Below, one piece after another: positions 1 through 11,661 of a stretch of DNA of 64,000 nucleotides (position 1 is the stretch's first letter; each line of letters begins with the position of its first letter). Source of the DNA: Octopus sinensis (lineage: Eukaryota); NCBI RefSeq assembly GCF_006345805.1, contig NC_043009.1, positions 28,892,001 through 28,956,000 on the forward strand. Direction: 5' to 3'. The notes under the pieces are model-generated. The model saw nothing but the letters and a program-made list of their open reading frames with translations, was not told the DNA's origin and ran no database searches. The position numbers and the translations under genes are program-made.

Positions 1-826
1 GGTTGAGGTGGTGGCGGTTGCCTTGATGTTGATTGCATTGATGTTAGCATTGATGGTGGTGGTGATGGTGGTGATGATGATGTTGATGGTGGTGGTGATG
101 GTGGTGGTGGTGGTGGTGGTAGTGGTTACATGGAAGTGTTGATGATAATGGTTGGTGGTTGTTGTGGAGATGGCTGCATTGATGGCGATATCAACGATAG
201 CAATGTCGGTAATACTGATGCTAGTGTTACTGGTGGTGGCCATGGTAGTAATGGCAGCAAATCTTACATTCATTCATTCTTTCCTTTTATATTTGTTTTA
301 TTTTAACATAAACTTTAATCTCATTTTGATTTTTTTTGTTTTAGTATTGAAAATAATTATCATTTCGTTTTCTATATCGTTAACGTTTGTTTGGTGTTAC
401 GCAACCTTTTTACATTTATTATTTTATTTTATTTCATTTTATTTCATATTTATTTTTGTTTCATTCATTTATTTGTTTGTTCATTAAATTCGTTTCACCG
501 AGATTTATTTCACTCTTTGTAATTGAGTTTATGTTGATAATTTTAACATTTCTCCTCAATTTGAATTTCTCCATGTATCTTCCAATTCTGCCGAGATTGG
601 TTTCACTCTATTTTACCAAACTTTACCTTCTATTGGCAATTTTATTTTACATTTATTTTTGTTCTTTATTTACTTCCCTGAATTTCAATGTCTGTCTGTT
701 TGTCTTCTTACTTATATATAATTTTTCATTCTTTAATTTTGTGTTTATTTCACTTTTACTCTCCTTTATTTCAAGTTCGGCTTTTATTGCCATCCAAACT
801 TATTATTATCATTATTATTATTATTA

Positions 827-870
<44 letters not shown>

Positions 871-1649
871 GTTATTATTATTATAATTATTATTATTTTT
901 ATTATTATAGATTTCCAGAGATGAAGAAGCAAAAATCATTTTATGACTATTTTTAGGCATGCTTCAAAAATCCCGTGTTAAATATTTTTGGAAAATAATT
1001 TTTGAATGAACACTTTAGATATTAAGAAGGGATTATGAAGCGCAGTGGATAATCATTATATTGACCCTTTCTACCAAGTTTATTAACAGACACAACAATT
1101 AATTAGGAGGCTGCTTTGTTTCTCCTCCTAGAGGAAGTAAACAGTTGATTGCCATCAGTTAGAGCAAGACCTTGCTGTTGTCGTTGTTGTTGTCATAGGC
1201 ATTGTTATCATCATCACTATGTCTGTTTCCGATGTTGACATGGGTCAGAAGGGTTAATAAGAGCTGCTAAGGCCAGGAGCTGCCCCAAGTTTCATAGTCT
1301 TTTTTGGCATAGTTTCTGCAACTGGATGCTCTTCCTGGTGCTAACCACTTTACATAGTGTACTGGGTGCTTTTCATGTGACATCAACACCAGTGCTTTTT
1401 ACATAGGACCATCACTGGCATTTTTTATGTGGCATCAACAATGACAGAGACACCAAGTACCTTGCAAGTCAAAAACTCCTCAACTGAGAAGGAGATTAGG
1501 CTTCCTGCCAGTTGAGAGATTTAAGTTACAAAGGTGTGAGATACAAGTCAGAAGGATTAAACCTGAGATGAGTTCATATGAAAGTTGGTGATTCTCAATC
1601 AAAATTATGTTGATAAAAAGTTGTTGCTAAAAGATTGAGCTGAAGTTGT

Positions 1650-2370
1650 TAATGTCTACATCACTTGCAGGGTTTACAAACGTTTGACTGCTGTCCCGTG
1701 TCTTGGAGAACAACTAACCACATAAAAGAGCTTGCTTTTACATTTGCTGTTAGCACTCACTTCAAATGGGTCTCAGGATGCCATGGCTAATGATACACAA
1801 ACATGCCCCTTGTCCAGAGAATGCTGGATGATGCCGACAGTAAATGGAAGTGATCCCTGTTTGTGTGAGGTGTTTCTGGGATTTATTGCATTGATTCAAC
1901 TGCAGTTTTGGATTGATACTGAATTTGGGTGTTTGGCATCTACGATACTGCCAAGAACTGATTGAACTCTACCCATTAACGAATAAGGCTGGAGAAAAGT
2001 TCTTCCTCCCATTCTCTAGGAATTGGTGGAGGATCTGACCTATGGTGGAAGAGATTCCAGGCATTGAAAAAGACATTCTGAGAAGTCTTCTTTGAGAATT
2101 TCTGAATTGACAGTTATGGACAATTTCCAAAAGATCATTGCCTGGCTATGCCACAAGGGAGCTTTATCTGCTTAGGATAAGCTGTATGGGCATGATCATG
2201 TGGGACCATTAACATAGGACCATGTCTATGTTGTGTGCTGGAAGGCAAAAACCACTTGGGATACTCTCATTCAATGTTTGTGCATTGCTTATTTATGGGT
2301 TTATGGCAAACATCTGTTATCATGTGGGAAAACGATGTAGCTATGAGTAGAATCTATCATGTAGATTTGA
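1650..2370 (-). mobile_element. Highly decayed LINE fragment (clade uncertain)
   Basis: Non-microsatellite, higher-GC tract. The minus strand gives a broken F-N-A-W-N-L motif near 2050-2080, like the SFF..WN.LP C-terminus of CR1/L2/Jockey-group ORF2; many stops. Confidence 0.3.
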
Positions 2371-2700
2371 TTGATGTGCCAGTGGCATGTAAAAAGCACC
2401 TTTTAAATGTGGCCCTTGACTGGCTCCCATACTGGTGGCATGTAAAAAGCTCTATATGAAAGTGATTGATGCCAGGCCTGCCTGACTGGCTCCTGTGCCA
2501 GTGACACATAGAAAGCACCCACTACATTCTCGAAGTTGTTGGTATTAGGAAGGGCATCCAGCTGTAGAAACATTACCAGATCAGATTGGAGTCTGGTGCA
2601 ACTACTGGCCTTCCATACCTCAGTCAAACCGTCCAACCCATGCCAACATGGAAAACAGGCGTTAAACAATGATGATGATGATGATGATGATGATGATAAT
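2370..2700 (+). mobile_element. SINE 3' part with (GAT)n tail (family G)
   Basis: Recurrent motif ggaagggcatccagctgtagaaac...aaaccgtccaacccatgccaacatggaaaac followed by (GAT)n; more than 10 related copies in the window. Confidence 0.8.
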
Positions 2701-2860
2701 GAATTAAAAGATATAATGGTAGAGAACGTTTTTGCAGGCCAAGATCACATCAACTCTGAGTTACATTTGAAGAGGAGGAAGGTGTGACACTCCTATAAAA
2801 TTGATGTTAGGCAAGTGAGAGTGGTTAACTGGGTTGGATAAACGAACTTTTTCTACATAG

Positions 2861-2940
2861 GTGGCTGTAATTTGGTGGCAAGAAGTGGGCAAAAATATTC
2901 ACTTTTGGTAGACCAAGGTACATTTGGATATGTGGAGAAG
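2861..2940 (+). CDS. Weak candidate internal exon, unknown protein (GCNLVARSGQKYSLLVDQGTFGYVEK)
   Basis: Acceptor tttttctacatag and donor AAG|gtaaac around one open frame; no recognisable homology. Confidence 0.2.
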
Positions 2941-3071
2941 GTAAACCAAATACTCCTGTGAGTTGCCTCCCATTTGGCAGAACCTTTCTTTTATTAAACT
3001 TTTTAGCTTTCACATTATTCTATCAGAGGTAATGTTTGTTTATTCACTTTGTTTTGAATTAATCCTGCATT

Positions 3072-3241
3072 CAGTTCTATATTTAAGAGATGAGGAATTA
3101 TGTACATTATTTACATTTGATGGATATTTGTCCTCATCTTGCTTGTTGTTAACACGTTTCGGCTGATATACCCTCCAAGCCTCCATCAGGTGTCTTGGGG
3201 AAATTTCGTACCTGGGTTTTCATTCCTAAGGTATTTTTCAA

Positions 3242-3300
<59 letters not shown>

Positions 3301-3441
3301 TATTATTATTATTATATTATTATTATTATTATTATTATTAAGGTCACTGTCTGGAATCAAAGTTGGAATCTTGGGGTTAGTAGCCTGTGCTCTTAACCAC
3401 TACACCGTGGGCATATGGTGATTCCAGGCAGTGACCTGAAC

Positions 3442-3500
<59 letters not shown>

Positions 3501-3661
3501 CAACAACAACAACATCGACAATGCCTTAGGAATGAGAACCCAGGTTCAAAATTTCCCCAAGACACCTGACGAAGACTGGAGGGTGTATCAGCCGAAACGT
3601 TGTGTTAACAACAAACAAGATGAGGACAAAAATCCGTCAAATGTAAATAATGTAAATAATG
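3072..3661. mobile_element. Palindromic Penelope-like non-autonomous element with tRNA-like centre, (AAT)n spacers and hammerhead motifs; 12-bp TSD
   Basis: Arms 3072-3359 and 3419-3661 are mutually inverted. Direct repeat TAATCCTGCATT lies at 3060-3071 and 3662-3673. The Penelope assignment is inferred from the hammerhead-bearing inverted arms. Confidence 0.75.
3561..3606 (+). ncRNA. Minimal type I hammerhead ribozyme motif
   Basis: GACAC-CTGACGA-A-GACTG(gagggtgtat)CAGCC-GAAAC-GT-T-GTGTT: both conserved cores, stem I GACAC/GTGTT, stem II with one mismatch, palindromic AACGTT in place of stem III. Confidence 0.6.
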
Positions 3662-3885
3662 TAATCCTGCATTATCTTATAGCTCTGAGCTTTTGATTAG
3701 GTACCTGTTAATTTTTGGAATGATATAGTAGGGTTAGTGTGAGAGGCCACATCTGTCCAGTCAGATCATAAAACAGATAGAATATTTTGACCAGATATGA
3801 AATTATAATAGGATATTAAACAGCTAAATGTACTCTTGCTTGTTTATTGAGTGCCATTAATTTCTGTCATAGAGATGAATACATA

Positions 3886-4040
3886 CAGGGTTGGCCAAAA
3901 GTTACCTAAGAGGAATTGAATGGTTTTCATGATGCTTCATATTTAGATGCTTTTATCAAATTCATTCAGTTGTTAAACATTGATATATCTTGGAATTAAA
4001 TGGTTTTGATTTACTGTCAGGGGACTTTTGGCCAACCTTG
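3886..4040. mobile_element. Tc1/mariner-type MITE, 155 bp
   Basis: TIRs CAGGGTTGGCCAAAAGT (3886-3902) and ACTTTTGGCCAACCTTG (4024-4040), flanked by TA on both sides. Confidence 0.8.
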
Positions 4041-4231
4041 TACCCATGGGTGTTAATGTATCTACATTTTTACATTCAGTTTCAATGTGAAAGGGTTAAT
4101 GTCTGTAATGTTCTGTTGGTGCCACACTTTAACTTGATACTACATAGTACTACTTTTCCCTGGTTGTTGTCAGGAATAATGATGGCTTCACATTTTGTCA
4201 CTGGGCCAACAATTTTATAGAAGTGTGATAA

Positions 4232-5345
4232 TATGTGTACACCAAGGTTCTGTTCTCAGCCCACTGTTCTTGATGTACATCAGTCAATAAATTGTACTTA
4301 TGAACAGGATGTTCTAGAAAACTTCAAAATATTGAAAGTTTAGTTGTCAGCAAGTTTAAGAATAAATATACATATAAAATGACAAATTGCAAGTGTGAGT
4401 TAAAATGTGAAAGCCCTAAAATATAAAATAATCAGTACTATCGAACCAGTAAGCAGAAGATGGTAAAGAAATTGCTTCGTTTCTGAGAATGGAGGCAGCA
4501 GGTTGGCAGAAGCATTAGATAAAATGTTTAGCAGTGTGATAATTGATTACATCAACTGCAGTGCTCAGCTAGTTCTTATTTTATCAATCCTGAGACTGAT
4601 AAAATCCTCAAGTCCTCAATCCTCCAAGAGAAGGACTGAGGACTTGATGGGGTTGGAGGAATTGGTGGAACGGCTTGCAAGGGTAAATGGAGTGCAGTGG
4701 TATGGGAATGTGTCGAGGAGGGATGAGGAGCAGGTTCTGAGGAGGGTGGTTGCGTTTGAGGTAAATGGACAACGAAAGTGAAGCAGACCGAGGAAAATGT
4801 AAGGAGGACAAGTGGTGGAGGAGATTGGGAGGATTTGCTTGAGAAGGCAGAATGCCCAAAACAGGGAAGATGGTGAGATGGTGTGAGGGTGGTTGCTATG
4901 GCATTGAAGTAGATCTGGCCACTCCTATTAACAGGGACAAAACCAGGATTTAAAACAATGGATGATGATGATGATGAAAGGTAACAAGCAAAGTTGACCC
5001 CAGCAGAATTTGAACTCAACGTGTTAAGAGCCAGAAGAAATGCTGCTAAACATTTTATCTGATGCTTCTGCCAACCTGCTGCCTCCCTTCTCAGAAACGA
5101 AGCAATTTCTTTACCATCTTCTGCTTACTGGTTCGATAGTGTTGATTATTTTATATTTTAGGTCTTTCACATTTTAACTCACACTTGCAATTTGTCATTT
5201 TATATGTATATTTATTCTTAAACTTGCTGACAACTAAACTTTCAATATTTTGAAGTTTTCTAGAACATCCTGTTCATAACTACAATTAATTGACAGATGT
5301 ACATCGAGAACAGTGGGCCGAGAACAGAACCCTGGTGTACACATA
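4232..5345. repeat. Long inverted repeat, 303-bp arms (4232-4534 and 5043-5345)
   Basis: Arms align as reverse complements with only scattered substitutions; each includes ~260 bp of otherwise single-copy sequence plus a SINE head. Confidence 0.9.
4610..4977 (+). mobile_element. RTE-type LINE 3' fragment with (GAT)n tail
   Basis: Translates DLMGLEELVERLARVNGVQWYGNVSRRDEEQVLRRVVAFEVNGQRK*SRPRKM, matching the RTE ORF2 C-terminal WYGHV.R...G.R.RGRP motif, with stops. Confidence 0.7.
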
Positions 5346-6278
5346 CCTTTAAATTACGTTCTATTTTCATGAAAAGCCAAATTTTATCCCATTTTTATCA
5401 TCCATTTATATATAACTCCAGATATCTTTATTACACAATTCATTCATAACCCTCTCCTTTGTTTGACAATAGCTAACACGGAAGGGACATAAAATGATAT
5501 AAAAATGCAAACCTGCTGGTAATTTACAAAGCATTGCTTCTTTAATATTTTTTTTCCAAACGTTTTGATTGTTTTATTATTACTATTATTTCTGTATCCC
5601 CCACTTCTTGCTGCCTGTTTCTTATTTCAGATGATCAACAATTCATGTGAAAAAACAAAATACAACAAAAATAATATATACATATATATAAATAAATAAA
5701 TATATATATATATATATATATAAATATATGTATATATATATTTATTTATATATATATATATATCTGTATATATATATTATAATACAATATAATATATAAT
5801 ATATATACACAATACAAAGCTCAATTCTACCAAATATTTTTCAGCACATTTATATTAGCTGACAACTGCAGACTTTTTTTCTGTTTTATTTTCTCTGTTT
5901 CTTTCTTGCAACCTAAACTTCAGGTATTATGCTTGAAGAAGCTATTTACAGGAGATGTTGTTGTACAACTTATACCTTGGGGCTTACCCTCTTGTCAATG
6001 CTGCGGTCATTTCTCTATGCCTGTAGAGGCATGGTGGCCTTGAAGAGGAGTTTCTGCAAACGTCTCTTATTCACAACAAGAACTTCTCTAGAAAAATAAT
6101 ATTGCACAAAATGATTTGGAGTCAGCTGCAAGTATAATAGGATCTTGGCTAAATGTATTCTTGCTAGCTTACCGAGTGCTATTCATCTCTGCCTGTGTTG
6201 AAGTAGACATGGAGATGAATACATATCTGTGGCTGTTAATATATCTATACCTTTACACTCACACTCACCACACACAAA

Positions 6279-6279
<1 letters not shown>

Positions 6280-6322
<43 letters not shown>

Positions 6323-6375
6323 CATCCATCCATCCATCCATCCATCCATCCATCCATCCATCCATCCATCCATCC

Positions 6376-6444
<69 letters not shown>

Positions 6445-6460
6445 ATAATCTATCTATCTA

Positions 6461-6492
<32 letters not shown>

Positions 6493-6514
6493 TCAATCAA
6501 TCAATCAATCTATC

Positions 6515-6579
<65 letters not shown>

Positions 6580-6590
6580 ACTATCTAAAT
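6280..6590. repeat. Compound (CTAT)n/(CCAT)n microsatellite
   Basis: Direct reading; source of the YLSI/HPSI pseudo-ORFs. Confidence 0.95.
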
Positions 6591-6592
6591 AT

Positions 6593-6629
<37 letters not shown>

Positions 6630-6759
6630 ACATCACCATCATCACTTAATGTCCACTTTCTGTGCTGTCAGGGATTGGACGGTTTGACTGAAGACTGGCA
6701 AGCCAGGAGGCTGCACTAGGGTCCAGTCTGATATATATATGTATATAAAAACACCATCC

Positions 6760-8090
6760 GAAGACCCGGCGACGTAGTCAGTCCACCTGTGCATACCTTC
6801 CTACTTATGACACTTGTGAAGACCTGTTGAGGCAAGTGTGTGACACTTGTGTAGACCTGTTGAGGCAAGTGAAAATCAAAATCAAATCAAATCAAATCAA
6901 ACCAAATCAAAATAGATGAACATCAATGGAATTTGTATCTTTGTGGTACCAGTACTGGTGGCACACAAGAAAACCATCCGAACATGGCCGTAGCCAGTAC
7001 CGCATCGACTGGCCTCTGTGATGTGGGCACATAACAAACACCATCCGATCGTGGCCGTCCGCCAGCCTCATCTGGCACCTGTGTCGGTGGCACATAAAAA
7101 TACCAACCGAAGACCCGGCAAGACTAGTCAGGCCATAACCCATGGCCCCTACTTGGGACGTAGTCAGTCCACCTGTGCATACCTTCCTTCCTTCTTGTGA
7201 CACTTGTGAAGACCTGTTGAGGCAAGTGAAAATCAAATCAAATCAAATCAAAATAGATGAACATCAATGGAATTTGTATCTTGTGGTACCAGTGCCGGTG
7301 GCACACAAGAAAACCATCCGAACGTGGCCGTAGCCAGTACCGCATCGACTGGCCTCCGTGCTGTGGGCACGCAACAAACACCATCCGATCGTGGCCGTTC
7401 GCCAGCCTCATCTGGCACCTGTGTCGGTGGCACATAAAAACACCATCCGAAGACCCGGCAAGACTAGTCAGGCCATAACCCGTGGCCCCTACCTGGGACG
7501 TAGTCAGTCCACCTGTGCATACCTTCCTTCTTGTGACACTTGTGAAGACCTGTTGAGGCAAGTGAAAATCAAATCAAATCAAAACAAATCAAAATAGATG
7601 AACATCAATGGAATTTGTATCTTTGTGGTACCAGTGCCGGTGGCACACAAGAAAATCATCCGAACGTGGCCGTAGCCAGTACCGCATAGACTGGCCTCCG
7701 TGCTTTGGGGACGTAACAAACACCATCCGATCGTGGCCGTCCGCCAGCCTCATCTGGCACCTGTGTCGGTGGCACATAAAAACACCATCCGAGCGTGGCC
7801 GTCTGCCAGCCTCGTCTGGCACCTGTGTCGGTGGCACAATAAAAAACACCATCCGAGCGTGGCCGTTCGCCAGCCTCGTCTGGCACCTGTGTCGGTGGCA
7901 CATAAAATCACCCACTACACTCTCGGAGTGGTTGGCGTTAGGAAGGGCATCCAGCTGTAGAAACACTGCCAGATCTGACTGGCCTGGTGCAGCCTTCGGG
8001 CTCCCCAGACCCCAGTTGAACCGTCCAACCCATGCTAGCATGGAAAACGGACGCTAAATGATGATGATGATGATGATGATATATATACAT
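6760..8090 (+). repeat. Tandem array (~341-bp unit, about 3.5 units) of a LINE-tail/SINE chimera, ending in a family-G SINE 3' end
   Basis: aatagatgaacatcaatgg recurs at 6911, 7252 and 7593. Each unit boundary carries (AAATC)n. A ~59-bp subrepeat is triplicated at ~7700-7900, and a (GAT)n tail lies at ~8058-8090. Confidence 0.9.
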
Positions 8091-8217
8091 ACTATCGATA
8101 ATGGTTGAAATTGTACTTGATTTTCTGTGTTTTTTGTTTGCCTGTGTATGTAGTATATATTCATTCATTTATTTACTACCCTTTTTTACAAAATTATATA
8201 TATACATACACATACAT

Positions 8218-8268
<51 letters not shown>

Positions 8269-8704
8269 CAGACAGGTGATACAGAGAAAACAAGGATGGG
8301 TCATTCAGAGTTTACTTTCCTCAGTCGAATTCCACATTATCTTTGCAATTTCGGCTGGTTATATATATATATGTATGTATATATTGTATATCAAACATAA
8401 GCTGTTATAAATCCTTAAATCCTGAAAAATGTTTCAGCCCGATGCCTGCGGCCATGCTGGGGCACCTCCGCTGAATGAACTACACTTATATTTAATTTGT
8501 TTATCCACATAATTGCCTCCATATCTGCTCACCTGGATTTCTCTTATAGCCACTATTTACTCCATGGAATTGGTCCTTCGTAAAGACAACAGAATCTAAG
8601 CTTGAATCATTTGAGTGCTACTAAATGTTTTCTATACTGAGAATCTCTGGATCACATCTCTTGACTATGTATGTAGGTATATATGTATGTATGTGGTGGT
8701 GGTG

Positions 8705-9050
8705 GTGTAACACACCATACTAATCATATCTGTCGGGCATGTGGAAGAGAGTGTAATTCGGCAGGAGGATTTAAACAATATGCAAAGGTACATGAAGCCC
8801 AGTTACGACTACAGCCGTCTATTATGGGTAAAGGTTTTAGTTGCCAATTCTGTACAGGACATTGTAGGTCTTTGACTGGGCTAAAAAGTTACATTCGATC
8901 ACAGCACCAGTAACAGTTAAGCTTTGTGCAATGGCCATACTCGATAACGAGGGGGCAGCCATAATGTATGTATGTATGTATGTATGTATGTATGTATGTA
9001 TGTATGTATGTATGCATACATGTATGTATGTATGTGTGCATGAATGTATG
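8705..9050 (+). mobile_element. 5'-truncated RTE-type LINE 3' end with two degenerate C2H2-like fingers and (ATGT)n tail
   Basis: HICRACGRECNSAGGFKQYAKVH...FSCQFCTGHCRSLTGLKSYIRSQHQ* followed by a ~50-bp 3'UTR and an (ATGT)n tract. Confidence 0.65.
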
Positions 9051-9222
9051 TCCCTTCTGGGTTTTTTTTAATTATAAATCTTCCACTGAGCTGGTTTCCA
9101 ACAAAGGGAGCCAGTTTCCAACAAAGATACAAGGCTCCATCTTTAGGATATACTTAACACAGACAAATTTACATTTGAAACTTGAGAACAGTTTAGTATA
9201 CTTTTACTGTTCTACTCACAGG

Positions 9223-9325
9223 TTAGACTTGTAATGTACGAATCAGCCAGACAATTTCTCTTTCTGAAAATCCCAGTTTATCCAGATTCTCCGTTAAGCA
9301 TTTACTCCCGAAACCTAGTGCTGTA
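9223..9325 (-). mobile_element. Possible reverse-transcriptase fragment
   Basis: LTENLDKLGFSEREIVWLIRTLQV resembles the L..LG...I.LIR.L helix of non-LTR RTs; flanking motifs not recovered. Confidence 0.2.
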
Positions 9326-9914
9326 TGCATGTATGTACGTATGTATGTATGTATGTATGTATGTATGTATGTATGTATGTATGTATGTATGTATGTATGT
9401 ATGTATGTCTGCATGTATGTGTGTGTGTGTGTTAGCATCTCCTTGTCTTCATTTGTATGATAGTTGTAAACAAATGTCACCATCATACAAGAGGTGGAGG
9501 TGTACTTCATTTTCATTCTTGCCTGAAAACATGTTTGTAGCATGGGAAAATATTACCTCACTCGGAGACAAGTGAATGTTGGCGACAGAAAGGGTGCAAA
9601 ACCATAGAAAAATCTGCCTCAACAAATTTTGTCTGACCCATGCAAGCATGAAAAAAAGACATTACAACTATGATCATGATGATGCTGATATTAAAACCTG
9701 TATTTATTAATAGTATTTATTGTATTACCAATGAAACAGGTCCTATAGTTCATTGATATTGAACTCAGTGGAAACTCAATACTTCTTAATCTTTTCAGTT
9801 GACTGGAAACCAGCTTCCAACCAATAAAAGAAGTTTGTCAAATTTCATTAAGACTCTTATTATAATAGCAAATATTTTCCCATTATGTACATATTTTAGA
9901 TTACTTTTCTATCA

Positions 9915-9961
9915 AAATATATATACATACATTCATACACATATATGCATATATGTATGTT

Positions 9962-9994
<33 letters not shown>

Positions 9995-10004
9995 TATATA
10001 TATA

Positions 10005-10082
<78 letters not shown>

Positions 10083-10371
10083 ATATATACATACATTCAT
10101 ACACATATATGCATATATGTATGTTATATATATATATTATATATATATAAATACATATCTATACATGTCTATATTATAATTGTATGTGTAGTATATATTT
10201 TTATGTACGTATACATATATATACAGCTGATATGACTCCATCTCATACTATATACAAACACCGTCACATATACACACAAATATGCATATATGCACTTAGA
10301 TATTTGAGAAATATATAATGCTCTACTTTAAGTCATGTCGATGACATATATAACATGTGTATGTGTATGTA

Positions 10372-10425
<54 letters not shown>

Positions 10426-10450
10426 TATTGTGTGTGTGTGTGTATGTATA
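9915..10450. repeat. (TA)n-rich compound microsatellite with internal duplication
   Basis: Direct reading; atacatacattcatacacatatatgcatatatgtatgt occurs twice. Confidence 0.9.
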
Positions 10451-11006
10451 TGCCAGCTAACAATAATCATTTATTAACAATGTATCTCACTGTTACCTGA
10501 AAGTTTTATGATGCATGGTGTTATAACCCTACTTTCGTTGTCACTTCTACTTCCACCACCACCACCAGCATCACTGTTTTTGTTGTTATTCACACTTTTA
10601 TACTTATAGTTGTAGTTGTTGTTGCAGTTGGTGGTGCTGCTGCTGTTTCACACCTCTCCCTCTGCTGCTGTTGTTGTTGTTGTTCTCACACTACTTACAT
10701 CCATGCCAATTGTTTCAAGTTATTGTCTCTCGTTATTATAATCATCATTGTTATAATTGTTATTGTTGTTATTATTATTATTATTATCATGGTCGTGATC
10801 ATGATCATTATCATCATCATCATCATCATCATTATTGTTAACATCGTCTCTGTCATTGCCATTGTCATCGTTATCGTCATCGTCATCATTGTCAGCATTG
10901 TCGTCATCATCCTCATCACCATCATCATCATCATCTTTATCATCCTGGTTGTGTTCACTGTCATCATCATCATAATCATCAACATTATTATCGACAATGT
11001 TACCTA

Positions 11007-11236
11007 TTTCTTTATTATTCACAAGGGGCTAAACATAGAGGGGACAAACAAGGACAGACATAGGTATTAACTTGATTACATCGACCCCAGTGCGTAACTG
11101 GTACTTAATTTATCGAACCTGAAAGGATGAAAGGTAAAGTTGACTTCGGCGGAATTTGAACTCACAATGTAATGGCACTGAAATACTGCTAAGCATTTCG
11201 CCCGACGTGCTAACGTTTCTGCTAGCTCGCCGCCTT
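11007..11236 (-). mobile_element. SINE family A (head ggcggcgagctggcagaa), near full length
   Basis: Reverse complement has the head, a ttctgagttcaaattcc B-box-like segment and a cactggggtcgatgtaatc body; shared with about 18 other copies. Confidence 0.85.
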
Positions 11237-11342
11237 GCTACCGTCATCATCATCATGATCATCATCATCACCACTACCATCATTATTATTATGCATGTGT
11301 ATTCTTTCTTCGTTCCATTCTTCTTTACACAAATATTGTTGT

Positions 11343-11383
<41 letters not shown>

Positions 11384-11467
11384 TATCTTACAACACTCTT
11401 GCCTGTTGCTGTTTTATTTGTTGTTGTTGTTGTTCTTCTTCTTCTTCTTCTTTTTCTTCTTCTTTTT

Positions 11468-11498
<31 letters not shown>

Positions 11499-11617
11499 TT
11501 ATTATTATTATTATTATTCATACTGCAATGCAAGTATTTCACTCATTGCTCTTCCACTACGGCTGTACATGTTAATGGCTGTCTTATTATTGTTATTATT
11601 ATTATTATTATTATTAT

Positions 11618-11661
<44 letters not shown>

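Noticed and set aside
2861-6040. Kinase-like reading QGTFGYVEK + VLCLKKLFTGDVVVQLI, with KILCFPKFTKTTSDNMLKHPFV at ~43480-43545
   Set aside because: No first Gly, no VAIK lysine, no HRD or DFG exon found, and the frames end in stops. Such partial matches are expected by chance when scanning 64 kb.
5930-6240. Unique-looking tract with several open frames and splice-like sites on both strands
   Set aside because: Competing exon models on both strands each end in stops; none can be preferred without transcript data.
7656-7930. CRISPR-like regularly spaced repeats
   Set aside because: These are contiguous ~59-bp tandem subrepeats without unique spacers, in eukaryotic SINE context, with no cas genes.
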